A stretch of 64,000 nt of DNA, from positions 1 to 64,000 of the forward strand of contig JANLSU010000047.1 of NCBI GenBank assembly GCA_031362565.1. The letters run 5' to 3'. The number at the start of each line of letters is the position of its first letter. The first letter of the stretch is position 1. This document shows positions 9,557 through 18,557 of this stretch, piece after piece. Below the pieces are notes generated by a model that had not been told where the DNA came from, did no database searches, and saw only the letters and a list, made by a program, of their open reading frames with translations. Made by a program: the position numbers and the translations under genes. This DNA is from a bacterium (GTDB lineage: Bacteria; Krumholzibacteriota; Krumholzibacteriia; G020349025).

Positions 9557-10615
9557 TCAAGGCAGGTCGGTCGTGGTCGGATTCCAGCCGAGCTGGAGGA
9601 CTTCGAAGTCGTCGGCGAGGAGGCTGCCGAACGCCGGGTTCAAGACATCGTTGTCCCAGAGAGCGTCCATCGTTCCGCTGATGTACATGTCGCTGCCGTT
9701 GTCGGCCAGGATGATCCCGTACGTCTGCATGGCTCGGAAGATCTTCTGCACCTGTGGCGGATAGCCCGTCAAGTTCTTGCTCGCCCGAAGACGCAGGCGC
9801 GTGCCCATGGGCGGTGCGGCGGGATTGGAGCCCGCGGTATGCGACGCCGGCCAGACGTGGCCGTTCGTGTCGCGGGTCGTGAACCGGAACGCGTGGTGAA
9901 TCTCATTCGGGCCCGCGACCTCGTCATAGCGTACGAGCCCCGGGAAGATCGCCAGCCCGGCGGCGTCCGCCGAAGTCCAGCCCTCCGGCCGGCGCGCATT
10001 CGAAGCCAGATCGAAAACGGCGCCCGATCCAGCGTCCCAGCGCGACAGGCCGCTGTTCCAACGCGTCGCATAGAGCTCGAAGAGCCAGCGGTGATCGCGG
10101 TCGATGATCAAGAGATGCCGGTCACCGCTCGGACCGCCGCCGGGAATGCCTCCTTCGATGTAGTTCGGCAGCGTTCGCGCCTCGGTGGGAATCGGATAGC
10201 CCGCGGGCTGCCCGGGTGCACCGACATCGCTCTGGCTCGGGTACGACACGAACGTCACGTTCAGGGGTGTTTGTGAACCTGCAACGCTGACGTAGGGGAT
10301 GCCATAGGGCGGCGGGCCGAAGTCGGGATGCAGGGCGCGCGTCGCGGTGGGATTTGCAACCGAACGGCCGCTGATCCAGTCGATGAATTCCTGCGAACGC
10401 GGATCCAGCGGCGCTTGGCGAACGTCCAGGTTCCACCAATTGCTCGTTGGGAAGACTTGCAGCGCTGTCAGATTCTCGTTCAGCACCACACCGGCATCGG
10501 CCGGTGCGGTGGGCGAATTAGTGCGGCGTTCGGCAGCCGGATCGTTGGCGTTGCAGCCGGCGCACAAGAGGCCAAACTGCAAGATGGCGGCCGCCCTTCG
10601 AGGTACGAGTATCAC
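9557..10615 (-). CDS. Conserved hypothetical lipoprotein
   Basis: GTG after a purine-rich RBS. Lipobox LCAG-C. Globular body (YGIPY, GDRH, WTSADAAGL, YGIILADNGS) with strong high-GC coding bias. Confidence 0.8.
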   Translation of the reverse strand: MILVPRRAAAILQFGLLCAGCNANDPAAERRTNSPTAPADAGVVLNENLTALQVFPTSNWWNLDVRQAPLDPRSQEFIDWISGRSVANPTATRALHPDFGPPPYGIPYVSVAGSQTPLNVTFVSYPSQSDVGAPGQPAGYPIPTEARTLPNYIEGGIPGGGPSGDRHLLIIDRDHRWLFELYATRWNSGLSRWDAGSGAVFDLASNARRPEGWTSADAAGLAIFPGLVRYDEVAGPNEIHHAFRFTTRDTNGHVWPASHTAGSNPAAPPMGTRLRLRASKNLTGYPPQVQKIFRAMQTYGIILADNGSDMYISGTMDALWDNDVLNPAFGSLLADDFEVLQLGWNPTTTDLP

Positions 10616-10928
10616 GAACCCTCCCTCTCGCGCCCGCCGATCGTGACTGCAGCGCCTTGGTTGCAACAGTTGTTCCCGCCGGCACTCTACGGCTCCGAAG
10701 ATGAACGGAAGCAGTGGACGCCGATGACAGCTCCGTCACGGGCGACAATCCGGCTTGCCTCAAATCGGCCAACGGCTCGAATGAGTTCGCTTGAATGCGG
10801 TGTGGCGGCCAGGCGCTGGTTCGTAGATGCTGGGCCGGCAATCAGTTCGCGTGCACGCTGGCCGGGCACGCGTCTTGAGATGCGAAGCGGGCAGCAGCGC
10901 GCCGGCAACACCCCCAGGAGGACTCGGA

Positions 10929-12437
10929 ATGCACGTCAGCACTCGACGCATCGTGAACGTCGTTCTCATAGCGCTTGCGGCGGTACTCTTGGTCGGACCG
11001 GGCGCGGTCGTCACGGTGCGCGCGCAAGCGCCGCAAGAAACGCCCGCCACGGCACTTCTCGGGCGCTTGTTCGACGCCGTGAACTCCAAGGATGCAGCCA
11101 AGATGACGGCGTTCGCGGCGGCTGATTGCTCTCAGGACGTTCCCGCCGATCAGCGTGCGTTGCGATTGGGGCGGCTGGCCGAAAACGGCGCGCCGTTCAA
11201 GGTGATCCGCGTCACGGGCAGTACCGCGGAGGCGCTCACGGGGCTCATGGAGGACGGCCACGGTGAACAGTTCACGTTCATCATGAATCTGACCGGGAGC
11301 GCCGACGCGCCGCGCATGGCGTCGATGCGCCTGGGGCCTCCGGAAGATGCGGACGCGAAGCCGCCCCGCGATTACACCGGCTGGACCGACCTGCACACGC
11401 TCGCAGCCGCCATTCGCGCCGATACCGAGAGTCCGGCCATCGGCATCGCATTGATCCGCGATGGTAAGACCGAGGTCGTGACCGACGGTGTCCGCGAACT
11501 CGGCAAACCGGAAACCGTCGGGCGCGACGAACCGTGGAGCATCGGTTCCATCGGCAAGCCCATTTGCAGCACGATCATCGGCAAACTGATCGAGATGGGG
11601 AAGCTGCAGTTCGAGACGACGCTCGCGCAAGCCTTGCCCGGCATCCCGATGCAGGCCGGATATCAAACTGTGACGCTCGAGCAGGTGATGCATCACCGCG
11701 GCGGCATTCCCGAGGATCCGGGCATGCGCAAGCCGCAAGTCGAGGCGATCGTCGGCAGCGAGACCGATCCGGTGAAGATGCGCGACCGGTACGGGCGCGA
11801 TATTCTGTCGCGCGACCCGATCGCCAAGCCCGGTGAGCGGTTTGCGTACTCGAACGCCGGATACGCGCTCTTGGCCCACATCATCGAGCTGCAACTGGGG
11901 AAGCCGTACGAGCAAGCCGTCCGTGACCTCGTCTTCAAACCGCTCGGCCTGCAACACAGCTATATCGCGGCGTCGACCTATCCGAAGGATTTTCCGGCGG
12001 GGCACATGCCGGGCCCAAAGGGACTCGAGCCGGTGAATTTCCGTGGCCCGCTCGAAGTGTTGTTCGCGGGCGCCGGTGGCGGCCTCTACATGTCGGTGGG
12101 GGATCTGGCGACGTTCGGCGCGGCCCACCTCACCGGGTTGCAGGGCAGGGACGGTTATCTGAAGGCCGCAACCGTGGCCCGTTTGCATCAATCCGAACCC
12201 GAAGGCGGTCCCGCCGGCCATCGGTACGCGTGCGGTTGGGGGATCGAGAACACCCCGGGCCTCGAACCGTGGCATGGGCACAACGGCTCGAACGGCACGT
12301 TTCGCGCCGAACTCGCAGTGTTCCCGCAGGCCAACATGGTCGCGGTGGCAATCGTCAATCGCGGCGGTGAGTCCGATCCTTCGCCGTCACTACAAGCCGT
12401 GACTGCGATCGCCAAGCGCTTCGCGCGCCGCGACTAG
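10929..12437 (+). CDS. Secreted serine hydrolase, beta-lactamase/AmpC-like family
   Basis: Signal peptide. SxxK (SIGK), YSN and HNG motifs. RBS AGGAGG. Confidence 0.9.
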   Translation: MHVSTRRIVNVVLIALAAVLLVGPGAVVTVRAQAPQETPATALLGRLFDAVNSKDAAKMTAFAAADCSQDVPADQRALRLGRLAENGAPFKVIRVTGSTAEALTGLMEDGHGEQFTFIMNLTGSADAPRMASMRLGPPEDADAKPPRDYTGWTDLHTLAAAIRADTESPAIGIALIRDGKTEVVTDGVRELGKPETVGRDEPWSIGSIGKPICSTIIGKLIEMGKLQFETTLAQALPGIPMQAGYQTVTLEQVMHHRGGIPEDPGMRKPQVEAIVGSETDPVKMRDRYGRDILSRDPIAKPGERFAYSNAGYALLAHIIELQLGKPYEQAVRDLVFKPLGLQHSYIAASTYPKDFPAGHMPGPKGLEPVNFRGPLEVLFAGAGGGLYMSVGDLATFGAAHLTGLQGRDGYLKAATVARLHQSEPEGGPAGHRYACGWGIENTPGLEPWHGHNGSNGTFRAELAVFPQANMVAVAIVNRGGESDPSPSLQAVTAIAKRFARRD

Positions 12438-12464
12438 CGCCACCGGCACTATCCGGTGCCGTGA

Positions 12465-13304
12465 TCAGCGCGGCGTGCGATACAACGATTTCACCTTCGA
12501 CCACGATCTGGAATCGACTGCCAGCAGCCGGTCGGTCGTGAACGACCAGACCGGACTCGTGGCACTTGCACAGCCCTCGATGACGACGCGCCAGTAGTAG
12601 GTCGTTTCGGGCTGCAGCCCGGGCGGATCGAATGGGACCTCGGCTCTTGGTCTTGCGATCAGCGGCGGGTTCGTTTCGGTCCCGAAATAGATGCTGATGT
12701 CATCGACTCCGTCGCACCCGCAGCTCCCGCCGCCGCTCCGGCTCCAACTCAGAGGCGTGCCGAGCGGTACGGCGTTCGCCCGGTCGGCAGGTTGCGGACT
12801 CACAATTCGGAGGGTCGACGGTTGGAGGACCCGGCGCGCGCAATGGAAAGCCGCGTCGCAGCCGCGAATGTTGGGGCAGTCGGTGCCGGGTGGGGTCGGC
12901 TGCGGATGCGCGACGACCTGAAGTTCAAACGGGCCAACGGGACCGAATGCGAGCAGGATCGCCCGATACAGCACGACCTCGGTTCCGGACCAACAGTCCA
13001 AGAGCGCGATACGGGCCCCACCCGGACCGAACGGTGTGCCCTCGGTCGAAAACGCCGCGGAACTTGCTGCGACATTGAGAACGAAGACATTGGCGGGCAC
13101 CCCCACAATCGCGAACTCGGCGCCTTGAACGCCGGGCTCGCCGAGTGGAGCAAACGCCGTGATGTCGATGTCGACGACGCCCCCCGGGATCGTCATCGTG
13201 CCGTCGCACCGGATCCCCGGGGAGTGGATCCCAATGGAGGGTGTGGCCTGGGCCAGGCCGGCGAACGCTAGAGACGAGCCAAGGGCAATTGCGACAATTC
13301 GCAT
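12465..13304 (-). CDS. Secreted Cys-containing protein with FN3-like domain and C-terminal SWSKVKSLYR tail
   Basis: Signal peptide MRIVAIALG...AQA. LQPETTYYWRV...WSFTT (FN3-like). Ends LAVDSRSWSKVKSLYRTPR. RBS GGAGG. Confidence 0.8.
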   Translation of the reverse strand: MRIVAIALGSSLAFAGLAQATPSIGIHSPGIRCDGTMTIPGGVVDIDITAFAPLGEPGVQGAEFAIVGVPANVFVLNVAASSAAFSTEGTPFGPGGARIALLDCWSGTEVVLYRAILLAFGPVGPFELQVVAHPQPTPPGTDCPNIRGCDAAFHCARRVLQPSTLRIVSPQPADRANAVPLGTPLSWSRSGGGSCGCDGVDDISIYFGTETNPPLIARPRAEVPFDPPGLQPETTYYWRVVIEGCASATSPVWSFTTDRLLAVDSRSWSKVKSLYRTPR

Positions 13305-13390
13305 CGCGTGCCTCCCCGCCGGGTTTTGTCGTGAACGGGATGATGCGCTCTTCCGCCGCGTGCCGCCAGGTGTTCTCAGCGGATGCATCG

Positions 13391-14008
13391 CTAGGGCGGC
13401 GTGAGAGGAGCCGCGGGGGCGCTGACGAACCCGCCCTCGAGTCTCCGGGCGCGGACAACGAAGCGCTGTGGCGCCGGTCCTACATAATAAAAGGGATAGC
13501 ACGTCACCAGCGTCAGTAGCGCCGAGTCCGATGGGGCGAGGACAGCCATGGACTCCGGCGTCACGACTCGTTTCCAATCCACCACGTAGTGGTACTGGTG
13601 CTTGGGTGTCGTGATGACGATGGTGTCCGCAACGGCGATGAGACGCAGATTGCGAAAGTACGTGTCGCGATGGCCGGCCAGACCGACATTACCGGCCCCG
13701 CCGAGGCGTGCCGTCCCCCGAATGAAACCCACGCCGCGCTGCAGGCTCTTATGGTCATCGCCGGCCGCGATCATCGACGTGATGCCGATGCGTGGGATGT
13801 CGATGCGCGCCAGGCCGGAATCAGGCTCGCCAATACCCGCGCCCCGGACCACAACGCTAATCGTGTCCGGCGTCTCGGGACTGCGAGCAATGATCAAAGC
13901 CTGCGCAGCGTGGGTCTGATACGCCGCCGCGTCCCATCGCTCTTGCCCCAAGAAGACAAGACCGAGAACGCCCGTGACAATCAACAGCGCCGCCGCAATA
14001 CGAATCAC
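13391..14008 (-). CDS. Class D sortase
   Basis: N-terminal TM anchor. GNVGLAGHRDT (catalytic His), LTLVTCYP (catalytic Cys), downstream Arg (QRFVV). Confidence 0.92.
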   Translation of the reverse strand: MIRIAAALLIVTGVLGLVFLGQERWDAAAYQTHAAQALIIARSPETPDTISVVVRGAGIGEPDSGLARIDIPRIGITSMIAAGDDHKSLQRGVGFIRGTARLGGAGNVGLAGHRDTYFRNLRLIAVADTIVITTPKHQYHYVVDWKRVVTPESMAVLAPSDSALLTLVTCYPFYYVGPAPQRFVVRARRLEGGFVSAPAAPLTPP

Positions 14009-14023
14009 GTGTCGATTCTCCGT

Positions 14024-14281
14024 TTATGGCCCGAGAGGCCGCGGCGCGGTCCGCAGCGGCACCTCGCGGATGTGTTCCGCGTCGCGATCGCCTTCGCCCT
14101 CGCGCGGTTCGCCTTCGCGGCGTTTCTCAACCGCGGGAAATGGATCGTCGGCTCCGAGGCGGCGATCTTCGCGATCCTCTCGCCCCGGGCGAATCGCGGG
14201 CTCTTTGTGCGTGTCGCCGTCGCGCGCCGGCCCCGGGGTGCGGCGTTTCTTTGCGGGCGGGGCGTGCTTCTTTGTCGTCAT
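14024..14281 (-). CDS. Small highly charged hydrophilic protein (85 aa)
   Basis: AGGAGG RBS before ATG 14281. Directly upstream of the sortase in the same orientation. Confidence 0.5.
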   Translation of the reverse strand: MTTKKHAPPAKKRRTPGPARDGDTHKEPAIRPGREDREDRRLGADDPFPAVEKRREGEPREGEGDRDAEHIREVPLRTAPRPLGP

Positions 14282-14486
14282 GACGAACACCTCCTACCGC
14301 GCATTCTGCCCACTGGACGATGACATGTTGGTGACCGATGCATGACAACTTGTTCATTAAGATTCTGACATCGCACCACACGCATAGTTTCTCATTTGCA
14401 AACGCTGAAATGCGCGAGCCACGATGGGGGCTTCTGCTAAGCTGCGTTGCGTTTTCGTTCCTCACATACTTGCACGGAGGCCCCCC

Positions 14487-17400
14487 GTGGGAACCGCACC
14501 TCAATCACCGCGCTGCCAGCATCTCATTCGTCGATGCGTTCGAACGGCCGTTCCCGTTGTTGCCATCTATGCCGCATTCGCCGCCAACGCGCCGGCTGCG
14601 ACGCCGGATCAAGTGGGGCAATGGGGTGCAGTGCTCAACTGGGGAGTGCAAGGGAAACACATGGTGTTGCAGCCAACGGGCAAGGTGCTCGTGTGGCCAA
14701 CGGGCGACGATGCACGAGTGTGGGATCCCGCCACTGGGACGTTTGTGCAGACGCCGGCGACGTTCGGCGACCTGCATTGTGCCGCGCAAGCGATGCTGGC
14801 GGATGGGCGAACGATCGTCTGCGGCGGCGTGCTCGTGACGCCGCATGTCGGAACGCGCGTCACCGCATTGTTCGATCCGGCCACCAACACGTGGTCGCGC
14901 GGCGCTCCCATGCACTATGCCCGCTGGTACGGCACCGTCACGGTGTTGCCGGACGGCAAAGTGCTCGCCGCTTCGGGAGACGACGAGAACGGCAACCGCG
15001 TCACGCGCCCGGAGATCTACGATCCGGCCACGAATACCTGGACCATCTTGAACACCGCCCCCGTTCGCACCCAGAACCTCTACCCGTTCATGTATGTACT
15101 GCCGAACGGCAAGGTCTACGAGGCGGGGACACGTACCGATACGGCATCGCTCGATGTGGCCACCGGTGCTTGGAGCGCCGGGCCGACGAATCCGTTTGGG
15201 AGCGCCGGGTATGCCGAGTGCCAGGCCATGTACTCGCGGGGCAAGATCGTTCGGGCCGGCGGTGGTGATCCGGCGTTCGCTCGGACCTCGGTAATCGACA
15301 TGCAGGCCGCTACGCCGCGCTGGCGCGAAATCGCGCCGATGGCGTTCCCGCGCCGCCGCCACAACATGGTGATTCTGGCGGACGGCAGTGTGCTGGCGAC
15401 GGGCGGCACGCGCGCCGCTGACGACGCGAGCAAGGCGATTCTCGCCCCCGAAATGTGGAACCCCGTGACCGAAGCATGGTCGACGATGGCGGCGATGACC
15501 GAGGCACGCATGTACCATTCGGCGGCGGTGCTCCTGCCCGACGGGCGTGTAGTTACGGCCGGTGGCGAAGCCACCGGCCGTCTCCATGCGCAGATCTTTT
15601 CGCCGCCCTATCTATTCAAAGGTGCCCGCCCGGCGATCACTTCGTCGCCGGATCTCGCGCCATACGGATCGCAGTTCGCGCTGCAGACACCGGACGCGGC
15701 GAGTATCGATCGTGTCGCCCTCTTGCGGCCTTGTGCGGCGACGCACGCCATCGACATGAATGAGCGCTACGTGCCGCTTGCCTTTACGGTGGGCACGGGG
15801 AGCCTGCAGGTCACCACACCGGCGAACGCCAACGAGGCGCCGCCGGGCTATTACATGTTGGTGATCCGCAACATGGCCGGCGTGCCCTCGGTCGCGGCGT
15901 GGCTGCGGCTCGACTCGAATGCGAATCTCTCGCCCGGCACGGTCACGGGCCGGGTCACGAACGCCACCTCCGGTCTCGGAATCGCCGGCGCGCAGGTTGC
16001 CTTTTCGGGCGGTTCGACGACGACGAGCGGTACCGGCGCTTACACGCTCGGTAACGTGCTTCCCGGCGAGCACAGCGTCTCAGCTGCGGCGACGGGCTTT
16101 GCTACGGTCCGTAAGCCTCTCATCGTGACTCCGGGTAGCCAAGTCACGCTCGACTTTGCACTCGCGGTTCCCGGCGGCGTCACTGGCCGGGTCACCGACG
16201 CAGGCACGGGACTGCCGCTTGCCGCGACGATTACCTCGGACGGCGGTTCGGTCACGACCGACGGCAATGGGAACTACTCGGTCACCGGCATCGCACCGGG
16301 AACGCAAACACTTTCGGCAGTGTCGACCGGGTACACGAGCGCGACCCGCGATGTCGCCGTCGTCTCGAGTGCGGTCGCGACCGCGAACTTCGCCCTCACC
16401 CGCGAGGCGCCGCATCTCGAGGGGGAGATCCACGACGCGACGACGCGCCAGGCGATCGCCGGCGCCGTGGTCTCGTACTCCGGCGGCAGTGCGGTGAGCA
16501 ACAGTATTGGATTCTACCGAATCGACAATGTATTGCCTGGAACCTACACACTCACGGCCAGGGCGCCCGGCTACGCGAGTCTCGATCACACGGTCATCGT
16601 CACCCTCGGGTCGTGGACGGCGTCGTCGTTCGACTTGGCGCCGAGCGGCGGGAGTGCCATCACGCTTGTGCCTGTCGCGGATGCGCTCACCGTGAGCGCC
16701 TCGATCAAGAACCATGGTTTGGAACCAGCGTTGCGAGTGCATGCCGGCTCCCCGGTGTACAACAGCTTCCTGCAGTTCGTGCTGCCGGTGCTCGGTGGAC
16801 CCGTTACATCCGCCAAGCTGCGCCTGTATTGCACCGATCCGAGCGATGTCGGTGGGCAACTGTTCGTGGTCGCCAATGGATGGACCGAGACCGGCATCAA
16901 CTCCGTCAATGCGCCGGTCATGGCCGGCACCCCACTCGGCCAACTCGCCGCAGTTGTTGCTGCAAGTTGGGTCGAGTTCGACGTGACATCCGTCATCACG
17001 AGCAACACGACGATCAGCTTCGGCCTCTCGAGCCCGTCCACCAACAGTGCGTACTACGGGGCGCGCGAGAGCGCACAGCCGCCACAACTCGTGGTGCAAG
17101 CGGTGCGACGGGCTTCGATCACCGGCTTCACGCCGGAGACTGCCCGGGCCGGTACGGAGATCATGATCATGGGCGACAATCTTGGCGCGGTCTCTGCGGT
17201 ACGCTTCAACGGCCTGGCGGCGAGCTTCAGCTTGCAGTCCGCGACGATGGTTCATGCGGTGGTACCGGTGGGTGCGACCACCGGCCCGATCGAAGTCGCG
17301 ACCCCCACCGGAAACGCCTCGAGCGCGACGAACTTCGTGGTCATCGCCAGCACGCCGACGGCGTTCGTCTTTCACCCGAGCCAGGACGCCTCGGTGTTTT

Positions 17401-18170
17401 CGGGCGGCCAGAACCTGAACTACGGCACCGAGCCGGTCTTGCGCGCCCGCAAGAAGAAGACCTCCTACAAAGCGTACGTGAAGTTCGATGTGACCGGAGT
17501 GGGGCGCGCGGTCACGAGCGCCAAGTTGCGCCTCTACGCGACCGATGCCAGCTCTGCCGGTGGCACGGTGAGCGTGGTTGGAAACTCCTACAAAGGCAGT
17601 ACCGCGCTGTGGACGGAAACGGGCCTCAATTGGAACAACTCTCCGGCGGTGCCGAAGCGGGCGCTCGCGACCGTTGGACGCGTCGTCGCAGAGACCTGGG
17701 TCGAGTGGGATGTCACTGCGGCGGTCCAGGGGAACGGCACGGTGAGCCTGGCGCTCACCAGCAATTCGTCGAGCAGCGCGTACTACAGTTCGAAGGAAGG
17801 CGCCCACGCGCCTGAGCTCGTCTTGCAAACGGCGGCCGCGGCGCTGACGATCGCGACCAAGAGCGAACCGGCGAGCGAAACGCAATTGCCGTTGCGGTTC
17901 GAGGCCTTTGCCGGCTTTCCGAATCCGTTCGCATCACGGACGACGTTCGCATATGCGCTGCCGCGGTCGGGGCGTGTTCAACTCGAGATCTACGACGTTG
18001 CGGGGCGCCTCATTCGCACCCTCGTGGACGGGAACGAGACTGCGGGGCGCAAACGAGTCGCCTGGGACAGCCAGGATTCCAGCGGGCGGCGTTCTAGCAA
18101 CGGCATCTACTTCTACCGTCTGCGCTACGAGCGCGAGGTTCGTACCGGCAAGCTGTTGCTGCGGCGCTAG
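14487..18170 (+). CDS. Secreted copper-radical oxidase (galactose/glyoxal oxidase-like, AA5) with Kelch propeller, DUF1929, three carboxypeptidase-regulatory-like repeats, two DNRLRE/CBM96-like modules, IPT/TIG and C-terminal FlgD-Ig domain
   Basis: Cu/radical residues present: LHCA (Cys), NLYP (Tyr), RMYHS (Tyr-His), ATHA (His). APPGYYML. Two modules with SAKLRLY...WTETG...WVE.DVT...PxLV. Ends PNPF...YDVAGR...WD...GIYFYRL. GTG after GGAGG. Confidence 0.9.
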   Translation: MGTAPQSPRCQHLIRRCVRTAVPVVAIYAAFAANAPAATPDQVGQWGAVLNWGVQGKHMVLQPTGKVLVWPTGDDARVWDPATGTFVQTPATFGDLHCAAQAMLADGRTIVCGGVLVTPHVGTRVTALFDPATNTWSRGAPMHYARWYGTVTVLPDGKVLAASGDDENGNRVTRPEIYDPATNTWTILNTAPVRTQNLYPFMYVLPNGKVYEAGTRTDTASLDVATGAWSAGPTNPFGSAGYAECQAMYSRGKIVRAGGGDPAFARTSVIDMQAATPRWREIAPMAFPRRRHNMVILADGSVLATGGTRAADDASKAILAPEMWNPVTEAWSTMAAMTEARMYHSAAVLLPDGRVVTAGGEATGRLHAQIFSPPYLFKGARPAITSSPDLAPYGSQFALQTPDAASIDRVALLRPCAATHAIDMNERYVPLAFTVGTGSLQVTTPANANEAPPGYYMLVIRNMAGVPSVAAWLRLDSNANLSPGTVTGRVTNATSGLGIAGAQVAFSGGSTTTSGTGAYTLGNVLPGEHSVSAAATGFATVRKPLIVTPGSQVTLDFALAVPGGVTGRVTDAGTGLPLAATITSDGGSVTTDGNGNYSVTGIAPGTQTLSAVSTGYTSATRDVAVVSSAVATANFALTREAPHLEGEIHDATTRQAIAGAVVSYSGGSAVSNSIGFYRIDNVLPGTYTLTARAPGYASLDHTVIVTLGSWTASSFDLAPSGGSAITLVPVADALTVSASIKNHGLEPALRVHAGSPVYNSFLQFVLPVLGGPVTSAKLRLYCTDPSDVGGQLFVVANGWTETGINSVNAPVMAGTPLGQLAAVVAASWVEFDVTSVITSNTTISFGLSSPSTNSAYYGARESAQPPQLVVQAVRRASITGFTPETARAGTEIMIMGDNLGAVSAVRFNGLAASFSLQSATMVHAVVPVGATTGPIEVATPTGNASSATNFVVIASTPTAFVFHPSQDASVFSGGQNLNYGTEPVLRARKKKTSYKAYVKFDVTGVGRAVTSAKLRLYATDASSAGGTVSVVGNSYKGSTALWTETGLNWNNSPAVPKRALATVGRVVAETWVEWDVTAAVQGNGTVSLALTSNSSSSAYYSSKEGAHAPELVLQTAAAALTIATKSEPASETQLPLRFEAFAGFPNPFASRTTFAYALPRSGRVQLEIYDVAGRLIRTLVDGNETAGRKRVAWDSQDSSGRRSSNGIYFYRLRYEREVRTGKLLLRR

Positions 18171-18557
18171 GGTCGAACTCATGCGGTCCTCTCGGGGGAC
18201 TCGATTCGCGATCTTTTGATCCCCCAAATCTGAAATTGATTGCGAACCCGTCACACGCTCCATAGAGCGTCTAAGCACCAAATGACGGCCCACGGCGGCC
18301 CAGGGGCCACCTCGAGGCGGTCGCAAAACTCAGGCGACCTCCGGGATACTGTTGCGCATTTCTACGCAGGCCCGTATATAACCGGGTGCAGGGCCGTCAC
18401 CATGTGGCTAACTTCTTGCACGGCCTGTGTTTTGCCGATATCGAACCGCGCCACCCCAGTGGCAGTGTTTCTCGATGCAAGGCACCCGTCGCCTCGCGTC
18501 TAATCCGATCCACAGCACGAATCCCGGCGTCCCGGGCGTGACGCGAGAGGTGAAGCG

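Noticed and set aside
10929..12437. Antibiotic-resistance beta-lactamase
   Set aside because: The SxxK/YxN/HxG motifs are shared by many esterases and peptidases of this fold. Nothing specific indicates beta-lactam hydrolysis.
18290..18350. Possible c-di-GMP-I riboswitch (ggtcgcaaaac...)
   Set aside because: Only a simple ggtcgc/gcgacc hairpin is present. I could not find the GNRA tetraloop/receptor two-stem architecture.
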